From Candidatus Poribacteria bacterium (lineage in GTDB: Bacteria > Poribacteria > WGA-4E > WGA-3G), in assembly GCA_964291315.2 (NCBI GenBank), contig OZ219753.1, positions 1,408,001 to 1,472,000 on the forward strand: DNA of 64,000 nt, read 5' to 3'. The notes beneath the pieces were generated by a model, which saw only the letters and a program-made list of their open reading frames with translations, was not told the origin of the DNA and searched no databases. Positions 29,598 through 39,247 of this stretch are shown here, in pieces. A program made the translations under genes and the position numbers. Each line of letters opens with the position of its first letter. The stretch's first letter is position 1.

Positions 29598-30236
29598 TTA
29601 CTTCTTGATTGTTGAAAGTTTTGTAACTCGTTGGCGAAGTAACCGGTTCATGTAATCCTTTGCTGCGGTGTCTGTTAATTGCCCATTGAGAATAGGCGTA
29701 ACCTCAAATTCAGCTAACCTTAAAGTCGGGTTGAGTCCATGGAGTGGGGGCAGCCAATCTCGAAATGTGTCAAAAAAAGCACGTTGTGCCGCACGTCCAT
29801 TTATGTAGGGAAAGTCTGCGGTGCTCCTGCGAAACCGAGCCGGGCCTTTTCCAAGCGCGGCAATGTGATATTGCTGGCAAAATTGATCGTATTCCGCTAC
29901 AGCATAAGCGACTTCAATATCTGCTGGATAAAACTGGAATGTTCGCCCCCGAAATGTTGTGAAGTGTTGCAGCTCATCAAACTCAAAGATGAAGTGGTAA
30001 GGCTCCGGAAAATACGCATCGGGAATTAGGTAACCGTCAGCTTTCGAAGTCGTGCTTTCCCAATCCCCTTCTAAGGCAGTATAGAGTGTGATCACGGCAT
30101 CATAGTGTTCACCAAAATCTTCACGGCGCGGTTTGTTACGAAGCCAGTCAAATTCGGCACGGCGTTCCGCTGTTATACCGATAACTTCCTCCACCAGTTT
30201 GATGATACCTACTTCTAGACGCATAACGTTCTCCAA
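29598..30236 (-). CDS. Hypothetical protein with PD-(D/E)xK/Vsr-like nuclease signature
   Basis: PDAYF...IFEFDELQHF...QRAFFD..RD pattern. Confidence 0.5.
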   Translation of the reverse strand: MENVMRLEVGIIKLVEEVIGITAERRAEFDWLRNKPRREDFGEHYDAVITLYTALEGDWESTTSKADGYLIPDAYFPEPYHFIFEFDELQHFTTFRGRTFQFYPADIEVAYAVAEYDQFCQQYHIAALGKGPARFRRSTADFPYINGRAAQRAFFDTFRDWLPPLHGLNPTLRLAEFEVTPILNGQLTDTAAKDYMNRLLRQRVTKLSTIKK

Positions 30237-30279
30237 CTGCCTTTTCGGAGATGCCTATTATTAGATACTGATGCCTGTT

Positions 30280-31086
30280 TCACACGGGTTCAATGTCTAA
30301 ATTTTTCAGTGTATCCCCGCTTACCGCATTAATCAAACTGGCGAGATAGTCGCGATCGCGTTGTAACGCCTCCAACTTATTATCGCCGTGGACGAATTCT
30401 ATCTCTAAATAGCCACTGTATTCAACCCCACTCAAGATTTCGACAATTCGGGCATAATCTACAACACCGTCTGTAATCGGGCATCCTCTACCCTGTTCAT
30501 CAAAATTTTGGGCATGAACGTTTGTAATATGTCGTGCCAGTTTTTCCGCAGCAACATGTGGTTCGTCAGCATTGCCGTGGGCGAGCGGTTGGTAATACGT
30601 TTGGAGAGCCGGTATGCCTATCGTCTCCACTGTTTCCAAAATAGTCGCGACACTATCCGTGAAATTATTGCTGTGCATTTCCAAACCGAGTCGAATGCTG
30701 CGGAAACTTGCCCACTGTGCAATACTGACCAACCGGAAAAGAATCAAACGTTTGTCCGCAGGAGCAATTGATTTCGAGGGGCCCCCGCCCGACCAGATCC
30801 TTACGAGGTCGGTCCCTAATTCAGACGCGATTTTGAAGACTTCCTCGAAATGCTTCTGGTGCAACGGCATCAGCGGATTGACATACGAACCGAACGCAGA
30901 TATCTCCAAACCCTTGCGCAGGGCCATGTCCCGAATATTTCCGATATAACTGTCGTCGTATTCTACTGGCAGGTGCGGCGGTTTTCCCCAAATTTCGATC
31001 CCATCAAAACCGTAATCCGCGGCAATAGCGATGACCTCTTCCAACGGCTTTTCTTGGAAAGCGATGGTGCATAAACCTAATTTCAT
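30280..31086 (-). CDS. Sugar phosphate isomerase/epimerase (xylose isomerase-like TIM barrel)
   Basis: GFDGIEIW, LEMH, NVH, Y.GYLEIE. Confidence 0.85.
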   Translation of the reverse strand: MKLGLCTIAFQEKPLEEVIAIAADYGFDGIEIWGKPPHLPVEYDDSYIGNIRDMALRKGLEISAFGSYVNPLMPLHQKHFEEVFKIASELGTDLVRIWSGGGPSKSIAPADKRLILFRLVSIAQWASFRSIRLGLEMHSNNFTDSVATILETVETIGIPALQTYYQPLAHGNADEPHVAAEKLARHITNVHAQNFDEQGRGCPITDGVVDYARIVEILSGVEYSGYLEIEFVHGDNKLEALQRDRDYLASLINAVSGDTLKNLDIEPV

Positions 31087-31283
31087 AAAATTTTCCCTTA
31101 TTATCTGTTTCTATTTAAATAGAATACCATAGGCGTAAACCGATTGCAAGGAAACTTTTTGATTTCTAACCGACCGCAGCAACTGAAAACTTTTATGGAA
31201 GGCAGCGGCATTAAGGTCTCAGGATTCGGGGTTCCCGCCCCACAAAGCACTAAAACATCCTAGCTGAAAACATTCAGACTCGC

Positions 31284-31312
31284 TTGACATAATCTAGCGA
31301 ACCTGATATAAT
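31284..31312 (+). promoter_or_regulatory. Consensus sigma70 promoter of the modABC operon
   Basis: TTGACA(31284-31289)-17 bp-TATAAT(31307-31312), about 30 bp upstream of AGGAGG-ATG. Confidence 0.8.
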
Positions 31313-31343
31313 TGCTATGTGTTTTTCCGGATAGGAGGAAATA

Positions 31344-32126
31344 ATGCGGCAAGGCGTAAAATTTCTTGCAATTGGTTTAGTATTCGCAGTTATTGTATTT
31401 TTGGCCTGCGCTACAGATAAACAGAAACCGATTGAACTGAGCGTCTTTGCTGCAATCAGCTTGACAGATGCCCTCACAGAGGTCGGGGCAGCATTTGCAG
31501 TCGAGAGCGGCGTTAAAGTCTTTTACAACTTCGCTGCGTCTACGACTTTGCAACGCCAAATAGAAAAAGGCGCACCAGCGGACCTCTTCATCTCGGCGAG
31601 TCCGCGTCAAGTCCTCGCCTTAGAAGCAAGCGGGTTACTTGAACCCGAGAGCCGCCAGAATTTGCTGACCAACCGGTTAGTGATCGTTTCTGATGAGGCC
31701 ACGGAAATCTCCGTGGATACACCTGCTAACCTCGCTACGCCTGAGATTTCGAGAATTGCGATCGGACATCCAAATATAGTACCCGCAGGAGCTTACGCAA
31801 AAGAAGCTTTGACGCACTTCGGATTGTGGGAAACACTCAGATCGAAGATGATCTTCAGTGTCGACGCGCGTGCTACCCTCGCTTATGTAACATCCGGTAA
31901 TGTGGACATAGCCATTGTTTACAAAACCGATACAGTTGTCAGCGAATCTATAAAGGTGCTTTATCAGATGCCACCTGAATCGTGTACACCTATCATCTAC
32001 CCGGCTGTCATCGTGAAAAACAGCCCGCAAAAACAGTTGGCGCGTAAATTTATTGCCTATCTCCAGTCTGCCGATAAAAGTGAAATTTTTGAAAAACATG
32101 GATTCACCGTTTTGACCCTAGAATGA
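31344..32126 (+). CDS. modA: Molybdate ABC transporter substrate-binding lipoprotein
   Basis: Lipobox FLAC; AA.SL, FAAS..L..QI..GAPAD.FISA, VPAG.YA, IVY.TD. Confidence 0.93.
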   Translation: MRQGVKFLAIGLVFAVIVFLACATDKQKPIELSVFAAISLTDALTEVGAAFAVESGVKVFYNFAASTTLQRQIEKGAPADLFISASPRQVLALEASGLLEPESRQNLLTNRLVIVSDEATEISVDTPANLATPEISRIAIGHPNIVPAGAYAKEALTHFGLWETLRSKMIFSVDARATLAYVTSGNVDIAIVYKTDTVVSESIKVLYQMPPESCTPIIYPAVIVKNSPQKQLARKFIAYLQSADKSEIFEKHGFTVLTLE

Positions 32127-32788
32127 GGATAACGCACGCCGAAGTTGCCGCTCTCTCTTTATCTATAAAAGCCGCATTGCTCAGCCTTGTTATAATGTTT
32201 CCGATAGGGTTATCTGTGGGTTGGCTACTAGCAAAACGGACATTTCCCGGGAAAACTTTTCTGAATACCGTCGTGATGTGTCCGCTGGTGCTGCCGCCCA
32301 TCGTAAGCGGCTATTTGCTCCTCATTCTATTGGGGAAAAATGGACCGATTGGCGGGGTTCTCTATCAATTGTTCGGTATGGAGATTGTTTTCTCACAGAC
32401 GGCTGTTGTTATCGCAGTCTCAATTATCTCATTTCCGCTGCTAGTACGCGGTATTATGACAGGGATGGAAGCCGTTCCAGTGGAGCTTGAAAACGCGGCA
32501 CGTACGCTTGGTGCCTCACCGCTCAAAGTGTTCTTTACAATAACGCTCCCGCTCTCGTATCGTGGAGTAGTCGGTGGAACGATCCTCAGTTTCTCTAAAA
32601 GTCTTGGTGAGTTTGGGGCTACAATTATGGTGGCCGGAAACATTCCCGGTAAAACTCAAACGATGGCATTAGCGATTTTCAGCGCTGTTCATCTCGGGGA
32701 AGATGCTTCTGTCTATCGGTTGGTGTTTATCTCAACCGTTGTTGCCTTTGCAGCATTCTGGTTGACGGAGCGCTTTACCCTCCGATAG
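32123..32788 (+). CDS. modB: Molybdate ABC transporter permease
   Basis: PLVLPP.V.GY.LL, AARTLGA, SLGEFGAT.MVAGNIPGKTQT. Confidence 0.95.
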   Translation: MRITHAEVAALSLSIKAALLSLVIMFPIGLSVGWLLAKRTFPGKTFLNTVVMCPLVLPPIVSGYLLLILLGKNGPIGGVLYQLFGMEIVFSQTAVVIAVSIISFPLLVRGIMTGMEAVPVELENAARTLGASPLKVFFTITLPLSYRGVVGGTILSFSKSLGEFGATIMVAGNIPGKTQTMALAIFSAVHLGEDASVYRLVFISTVVAFAAFWLTERFTLR

Positions 32789-32820
32789 GAGGTTCTTAAT
32801 TGCGCTGTAGAAGGAGGAGT

Positions 32821-33090
32821 GTGATGGTTTGGGTTTTCAGCGGCATCACCGCATGTATATTGCTCGGTTGGTGTCTCTATCAGCTTTCAAAAAACAATAC
32901 GGCCGGAGATTCCGATCAGGCTCCGGATGTTGAGAATAATACTGATAACTTTGAGAATCTACTCTGGATAGGCGGGCTGTTCAACGAAGCGTATAATGAC
33001 GAACACCATGAGCCATCTGACAATATGGAATCTGAGGACTATAATGCAGGTGATAGCGGATTCGACGATGGCGGCGGGTTTGAACAATAG
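32821..33090 (+). CDS. Small single-TM protein with an acidic tail
   Basis: AGGAGGAG RBS before GTG/ATG (32821/32824); one hydrophobic helix, then a D/E/N/G-rich tail; fills the modB-modC gap. Confidence 0.6.
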   Translation: MMVWVFSGITACILLGWCLYQLSKNNTAGDSDQAPDVENNTDNFENLLWIGGLFNEAYNDEHHEPSDNMESEDYNAGDSGFDDGGGFEQ

Positions 33091-33098
33091 GTCACGTT

Positions 33099-34169
33099 AT
33101 GGCAGATAGTCCCGAAATCATCCTCAATTTTCGCAAAAACCTCGGGGGTTTTACCTTAGCAGTCAATTGCACATTGGAGCAGCAGGTCTCGGTATTTTTA
33201 GGCGTGTCTGGGAGCGGGAAAAGCACGCTACTCAATTGCATCAGCGGCACGCTAGCACCTGACGAAGGGGAGATCGTCTTCGGGGGTGAGATCCTTTACG
33301 CGTCCTCCTTAGGCATCAATCTGCCGCCTGAAAAACGACGCTTCGGATACGTTTTTCAAGAGGGCTATCTATTTCCGCATCTCACCGTTGCTCAGAACAT
33401 CCGATATGGACAATCCAACCCGCGAAAATCTACAACCGCTATAGATGTCTTTGAGATTTCCGGACTGCTCCAACGGTACCCGAAAGAACTTTCTGGTGGC
33501 CAACGCCAACGCGTCGCGATTGCCCGGGCACTCGCTATGGAACCCCGGATGCTCCTCATGGATGAACCGCTTGCTGCACTTGATAGCACACTGAAAGACC
33601 GAATTATTCCGTATCTGCACCATGTTAAAGATGCGTTCGACATACCAATTCTCTACGTAACCCATGCCTTTTCTGAGGCGATAGCACTCGCCGACGAAGC
33701 CTTCCTAATTGCAGATGGCGACATTGTGGCAAGCGGTGAACCCCACCGGTTGCTGGCTGACCCTTCTGCAACGCCTATCGCACAATTGGGCGTTGAAAAC
33801 ATTCTATTCCTTCCAGTTACGCTTTCAGACAAGACGCTCGGTGTAACTTCGTTGAAAATTGGGAACCAGGCTCTTGTAATTCCATACACTGAAGTAGAAG
33901 TCGGCGAGATCGTACCAGTTGCTATCCGCGCTGAAGATATTATGATCTCACTTGAGCCAGATCTCCCGATTAGTGCACGCAACATGTTACGTGGCACAAT
34001 TCAATACTTGGATGCCAAAAGCGAACGAACATGGTTATCCATTCTCGTTGAATCACATCATCTCGCTGTGAAGATCACGCACGAAGCGCGTGAACAGATG
34101 CAGTTGAGTGAGAATTTGAAGGTTTACTGCGTCATCAAAGCAAGCGCTATCAATCGCTTCTGGGATTAG
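33099..34169 (+). CDS. modC: Molybdate ABC transporter ATPase
   Basis: G.SGSGKST, LSGGQRQR, MDEP, C-terminal TOBE (SARN.L.G.I). Confidence 0.95.
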   Translation: MADSPEIILNFRKNLGGFTLAVNCTLEQQVSVFLGVSGSGKSTLLNCISGTLAPDEGEIVFGGEILYASSLGINLPPEKRRFGYVFQEGYLFPHLTVAQNIRYGQSNPRKSTTAIDVFEISGLLQRYPKELSGGQRQRVAIARALAMEPRMLLMDEPLAALDSTLKDRIIPYLHHVKDAFDIPILYVTHAFSEAIALADEAFLIADGDIVASGEPHRLLADPSATPIAQLGVENILFLPVTLSDKTLGVTSLKIGNQALVIPYTEVEVGEIVPVAIRAEDIMISLEPDLPISARNMLRGTIQYLDAKSERTWLSILVESHHLAVKITHEAREQMQLSENLKVYCVIKASAINRFWD

Positions 34170-34182
34170 GCGTTTTATCTAC

Positions 34183-34235
34183 AAAACAATAGCGGCGGTT
34201 GTAACGACACTTATTTTACTTTATCATCCGCCGCT
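34183..34235. terminator. Hairpin between modC and coaE
   Basis: agcggcgg (34191-34198) pairs with ccgccgct (34228-34235). On the minus strand it is followed by ATTGTTTTG. Confidence 0.45.
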
Positions 34236-34497
34236 GTCGTAAGTGCGCGGAATTCTGCTGAAAGGGCTTCAATGTTTAGATACAGAGGTCAAAAACGGAA
34301 AGGAGGCGTGGGAAGCAGCCGGGCCGGTCTTAGAGTGCACTTCGGAAACAATGGAGCAGTTGCTAAGCACATATAAATAGATTATACCAATTGCCCACAA
34401 TTGTCAAAATTGCTTACTTGACACTACCCGTTAAACGCTACTGCATCCCCGACACGGAGGAATGCAGCTTTTAGCGGAGGATTTGATACAGTGCGTT

Positions 34498-35145
34498 TTA
34501 CTCCACACACCGCTGCAGTTCCGCCCAAAGAGCATCCACCTGTTGATGAAGTTCGGCAAGCGTACCCTCATTTTCTATCACGACATCGGCATAGGTAACC
34601 TTCTCCGGGAGCGGCATCTGGGCATCAATCCGTGCTTGGGCCTCATTTTCGGTGAGCGATCTACCTAGGGCAACACTGCGTTCTAAAGTACGTTGCAGTT
34701 GCGTCTCCATTGATGCCGTCACAACGACTATCAGATCAACCGTGTCATATGCACCCGCTTCAATAAGAAGTGGGGCATCGAGCAACACAATACAATTCGG
34801 GTCTGCTGTAACAAGCTGACGCGCACGTGCACGTGAACGCTGGATAATGATCGGATGGAGGATGCTGTTGAGCTGTTCCCGGGCAGCTTTGTCTTTGAAA
34901 ACAATAGCTCCTAATTTTCTCCTGCTGACATCCCCTGTCTCTTTAAGGATCTCCTGTCCAAATGTATTGATCAGTACGTTAAGAACCGGGCTACCTGCTT
35001 TCAGGAGTTCGTGTCCGATTTCGTCAGCGTTGATCGGAATCGCCCCTTTTTCTGCAAGACGTTCGGAGACAGTCGTCTTTCCGCACGCAATTCCGCCTGT
35101 TATGCCAACTATGATACCACGTTCGCGGCGTGTTTCAGTCTTCAT
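34498..35145 (-). CDS. coaE: Dephospho-CoA kinase
   Basis: VGITGGIACGKTTV, NADEIGH, LG..VF, HP.I, DAPLLIE, RI..QMP. ATG 35145 is preferred over the ORF-track start at 35220. Confidence 0.93.
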   Translation of the reverse strand: MKTETRRERGIIVGITGGIACGKTTVSERLAEKGAIPINADEIGHELLKAGSPVLNVLINTFGQEILKETGDVSRRKLGAIVFKDKAAREQLNSILHPIIIQRSRARARQLVTADPNCIVLLDAPLLIEAGAYDTVDLIVVVTASMETQLQRTLERSVALGRSLTENEAQARIDAQMPLPEKVTYADVVIENEGTLAELHQQVDALWAELQRCVE

Positions 35146-35367
35146 ACCGGTGAGTCTATACCATCCGCTGAAATTTGTCAATACTATTTCTGGAGGCGTG
35201 ATTTCAAGTGATTGCTCCAACTTTCTGTGAAACCTCTGGAGACAGTCGTCTTTCGCCGTTACCTTCTTATTGTCGCCTACTGGCCCCCTCGGTGGTAACG
35301 GGAGAGTCAGGCAATGGAAATGCTAAATTGGGAAAGGGGCGAAGTGATCTGACAGCAGTTGGGGCAC

Positions 35368-35500
35368 GATGCCGTTGAGCTTAACAGGGCGAGTAGCGAT
35401 GTTGTCGATCAATCTAAGGGCCCGGAGACAACCCAGTTGATCGCCTGGACAGAACCCACATTAAGAAACGGTACCTATCCAGGCTAACAACATCTATTGA
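35368..35500 (-). ncRNA. Candidate structured leader RNA upstream of coaE (three-way junction with an alternative pairing)
   Basis: Nested inverted repeats read directly (see findings); putative promoter TGGACA-16-TATGAT at 35532-35505. No Rfam family recognised. Confidence 0.4.
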
Positions 35501-35575
35501 GAAAATCATAAAAATGTTCAACTAATTGTCCACTTTGCTTACTATAACGCAGGCTTGATAAATATGTGGCTCAGC

Positions 35576-35612
35576 AGCAGAGACTCACGATCTAAAATCG
35601 TGAGTCTCTGCT
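35576..35612. terminator. Perfect 16-bp hairpin downstream of the lamin-tail gene
   Basis: agcagagactcacgat-ctaaa-atcgtgagtctctgct. Confidence 0.7.
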
Positions 35613-35629
35613 TCAGTGTTCGGTGTCTA

Positions 35630-38476
35630 CTATTTGCCAGACGATTTGAGCTCACCCCACCGCGTCGTGAGCTTACCATTCGCAGAGACATCCCCATGCA
35701 GATGCGTCGTCCGCAACGTCGTCCGCACCCCGTCCATAGAGACGTCTTCTATCTGATAATAATACACCACATTCGGCTTCGCAGTCGTATCTGTGTAGGT
35801 ATACACATGCTTCTCAGAGGTCGTGCCGTGTCCCGCAATCAGACCCTTCGTGTTGATAACCGCAAACTCGCCCGTCTTGCTCTCGCTGCGCAGGATGTTG
35901 AACCCTGCATTGTTGAGTTCGGACTGCGTTATCCAGCTAATCTCAACGTGGCCTGTCGAGGCGTTGCGCACAGGCCGGAAGCTGGAGAGCGAAACGGGTA
36001 GCGGACCACCGAGCCGATAGCCGGGCGTGCCGATATCGTCCCGGTGTCCGTAGTACGTCAATGAGGCATCCACGAGCTTCCGCCAAGAGGCTGCCATCAG
36101 CCCATCATCCGCATCGCGCGGTACCGAACCCTCTGCCATGTCGTTGAACACACCGCCATACTTGCGAACAATAGAGGTCCGCACATCCCCACGCTTCGGC
36201 AGCTCCCACGCCTTCGTGCGTGAAGCACCGTCTACCGTAAGGTTGCCGGCTGTGTCCATAACCATCGGATCGCCTCCGCTGACCTTTGCACGCAGCTCCA
36301 GATGGAAGCCCTCCGCACTCAGCAACCGCCGCCCGCGCGTTGTTAATCCGAGATCGCTACTGTGCTTCTCTTGCAAGTTATAGACGTAGTTCTCTGCCAC
36401 ATCGTTCGCACCGCTCTTCGACACCAGCAGCAACGTCTGATTCGGCGGAAGATACGTCCCCGCATCAAACGTGAACTCGGCATCTACATACGCCGCTAGG
36501 TTGTCTCTGTTCTCGTTGCGGATCTCAAACTCCCAGCCCTCAAGGCTCACTGTCTCGGTCTTGGAGCTGTTGTAGAGCTCTATCCACTGCACCAAGTTCG
36601 AGCGGGGCCCCACGTCATACATAATCTCACTGATCGTCACGGTTCCATGGAAGGTATAAGTACCGTTAGAGACCTCGTTAACTGCCATATTCGGATACCC
36701 GGGCGTGCCAGGGGAATCCACGGTGTCAACGATTTTATCGCGCCCGCGGTCGTAGCCGGCACCTGTGAACCCGAACGACTGCCAGTCGTCTTTGTGAACG
36801 CGGTTCACACGCGACTTCGCACCATACATGCCCTGCGAATTGATCTGAACGCCCCGACCGAAAGACATAGTCTGAGACGCGAAGGTGTTCATACCCCCGA
36901 AGTTGCTCTCATCAACGTCTCCCGGCTTCGTCCACCCTACAAATGGCCAGATGTCTGTGTTGAACTTCCTATCTTCCACACGCTTGAAGAACCCGTTGCC
37001 GGCGTAATCCTTGATATTTGTCGGCTTACCGACATCATCCGCACTATCCTGCGTGCGCAACAGGATCAGGAACTTCCCTTTCGCAGGCAGGTTCAGATCC
37101 TTAGCAACCACATACTTATGCATGGCACCCGTCTTGACATCCGTTTTATCCAAGAGGGCCCGAAGGTCCGTACCACCAGCGAGCTTACTACTACGCCCAG
37201 GCTCCCGGTTATAGACCACCAGATACTCGCCCGGCTTCATCCTATATTTCGGCAGCACCGCGAGACTTGTGTCCGTGAAGTTGGCATCGCCAGACTCGTG
37301 ATAGCCGCTCCCGTCGGTCTTCATCTTCCCCATGATGAGGCTCAGCTCATAGTTCTCTATATTCACAGCAGGATCCGATGCATTATCACTATTGTAGAAC
37401 AACTCTATCCAGTCCAAGTTCTCACTTGACGGATCGTTGCGCACCTCATTGATGATGATACCCATCGGAGAGAGAGCCGCAGGAGCCCTATCAAAACGCA
37501 CTGTACCCGGACCCCCGATAGGCACGTGAACGTGCCCCGGACTCCCTATGTAATTACCTGTCATGTTAATACGGCCAACCGACGCTGCCCACGCATCCGG
37601 ATCGTGTCCATCTTTGAGACCCTCCAGCTTGCCATCTTTGAGGACATACGCCTTCCCCGTGTCGTCCAGCTTGATATTCCGATACATGGAGACGAGAGGT
37701 GTCGGAGCCGCACCGGTATCCGCGTTGCCATCGGTGTCACCGCTGCTCCCTTTCAAGGCCCAAGTATCTCCAAAACGGGAGAATATGCTGACACTGTCAA
37801 CAATTAAATACGTGTATTCAAAATCACCAAGAATCCACGTTTGAATCTTTCCGACGTTGTTGACTCTTTTATTCCTATGAAAATTGAGCCTTACGTCATC
37901 GCTCGCCTTTAGCGCGGCACCGTTGTTGTAGATCTCAACCCACTGTTTTACCGCGTCTTGACCGTCAAGCCCCCACATAATCTCACTGATGATCAACCTG
38001 TGCCGAAACTTCTCACGGGCCGCCGCTGAAATGACTTGCGCGCTAGCAAGATGAACTTCATTAACAGCAGTGGTAGCAGGATCGTCAACATTGCCTGCCG
38101 GAGCGTCTCTATCTGATACGACGGTACCTGATGACCCTTTTCCATCGACCAGTATTGCCAGCTCAATAGTGCCACCATGTCGAAAGAAGTTTGCCAAATC
38201 CGGAAAATCGGCGTTACCGGTCGCGGCTGTGATGGTAATAACGCTATCATCAACTATTCCATTGGCAGCAGGATTCCCACTACCGTCGTTCTTCACGTGA
38301 ACAACGAAGCTGTTCTTAGCCATCACCCCCTTCTCACTACCACTACTATCTCGATCAGTATTGAGGCGTGGACTCTGCACATAACCATCCACGGCTTCTT
38401 GGGCGGCTACAAGGCCAGCAATGAGAATCCCACTTAGAACTAAAACAAGAAACACGGTCAATCTATGCAATAACAT
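35630..38476 (-). CDS. Large secreted protein with three lamin-tail (LTD)-like domains and a C-terminal PLPV.LSSF Ig-like module ending in KLTTRWGELK
   Basis: Signal peptide from ATG 38476 (GGAGG RBS); three I(I)SE(I/V)...(Q/D)W(I/V)E(I/L)YN-type motifs each ending G(S/T)PG; GGPLPVSLSSF..W.T.SE..NAGFNI.RS. Confidence 0.8.
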   Translation of the reverse strand: MLLHRLTVFLVLVLSGILIAGLVAAQEAVDGYVQSPRLNTDRDSSGSEKGVMAKNSFVVHVKNDGSGNPAANGIVDDSVITITAATGNADFPDLANFFRHGGTIELAILVDGKGSSGTVVSDRDAPAGNVDDPATTAVNEVHLASAQVISAAAREKFRHRLIISEIMWGLDGQDAVKQWVEIYNNGAALKASDDVRLNFHRNKRVNNVGKIQTWILGDFEYTYLIVDSVSIFSRFGDTWALKGSSGDTDGNADTGAAPTPLVSMYRNIKLDDTGKAYVLKDGKLEGLKDGHDPDAWAASVGRINMTGNYIGSPGHVHVPIGGPGTVRFDRAPAALSPMGIIINEVRNDPSSENLDWIELFYNSDNASDPAVNIENYELSLIMGKMKTDGSGYHESGDANFTDTSLAVLPKYRMKPGEYLVVYNREPGRSSKLAGGTDLRALLDKTDVKTGAMHKYVVAKDLNLPAKGKFLILLRTQDSADDVGKPTNIKDYAGNGFFKRVEDRKFNTDIWPFVGWTKPGDVDESNFGGMNTFASQTMSFGRGVQINSQGMYGAKSRVNRVHKDDWQSFGFTGAGYDRGRDKIVDTVDSPGTPGYPNMAVNEVSNGTYTFHGTVTISEIMYDVGPRSNLVQWIELYNSSKTETVSLEGWEFEIRNENRDNLAAYVDAEFTFDAGTYLPPNQTLLLVSKSGANDVAENYVYNLQEKHSSDLGLTTRGRRLLSAEGFHLELRAKVSGGDPMVMDTAGNLTVDGASRTKAWELPKRGDVRTSIVRKYGGVFNDMAEGSVPRDADDGLMAASWRKLVDASLTYYGHRDDIGTPGYRLGGPLPVSLSSFRPVRNASTGHVEISWITQSELNNAGFNILRSESKTGEFAVINTKGLIAGHGTTSEKHVYTYTDTTAKPNVVYYYQIEDVSMDGVRTTLRTTHLHGDVSANGKLTTRWGELKSSGK

Positions 38477-39247
38477 TCGTAATTTCCCTCCTGTCACCTA
38501 AGTTAATAGGTGTGTTGATAATACCTTCTCTGTAAACTGTAAGATACCTCGTGAAGTAGCGGCAATACCGCTCTCTTCCGAAAAATAGTAGGCTTGATGA
38601 CTGCACGTCACATATGCAGCGAGGGGCTGCAGATCGAACATGTTCCGCTGTGTTGGCGCAAGCAGACCTCCCCGCTCGCCAACCAAAAAATAGGGCTACG
38701 CCACAATTTTCTCCAAGTCTGTGTTGTGGTCTTAAAGGGGATCTATTTTGGAATAAGTTACTTACTGTATGTGAAGTGAGGGGGGGGTAATCGCTAAAAA
38801 GCACGACGAACAAACAGCATCGCAGATAGGAAGCGCGCTGCATAGGGCAGATATTGTCGCGGAAACTTGATGTTCCGAGTAGGGGCCTAACCCTTAAAGC
38901 TTTCATGCATTTCATGGGTAGATACATCAATACCGATAGGCTTAACAGAACCCATCAATTTTATATTTATAATCTTTTTCCACAATTCCTACTCTAATTA
39001 TACATTAAACTATTGAGTTATGTCAAAAACTTTTTTCTCTAGCGAGCCCCGGTTAGCATTTGTCAGAATAGTTTTAAAGCCTACAATAATATTCGTAGGA
39101 AGCGTTTCTAAACGCTCTCTTCTTCTAATTGCAGGGTCGAGTTTCGCTCGTTCCCCTGCTACCCCTTAAGATATCTCTTGTCAATAAGCACGGATGCTGA
39201 TACAATAACGAAACGGCAATTATCGATTAATTGGGAAAGGAGACAAA

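Noticed and set aside
31090-31343. Moco/Wco riboswitch upstream of modA
   Set aside because: The consensus promoter is only about 30 nt from the start codon, leaving no room, and no motif was recognised.
34290-34330. SRP RNA (GGAAGCAGCC resembles the helix 8 motif)
   Set aside because: The upstream CAGG..GNRA tetraloop context is missing.
38463-38930. 155-aa ORF upstream of the LTD gene
   Set aside because: No recognisable domain, atypical composition and overlap with the real start; more likely leader DNA.
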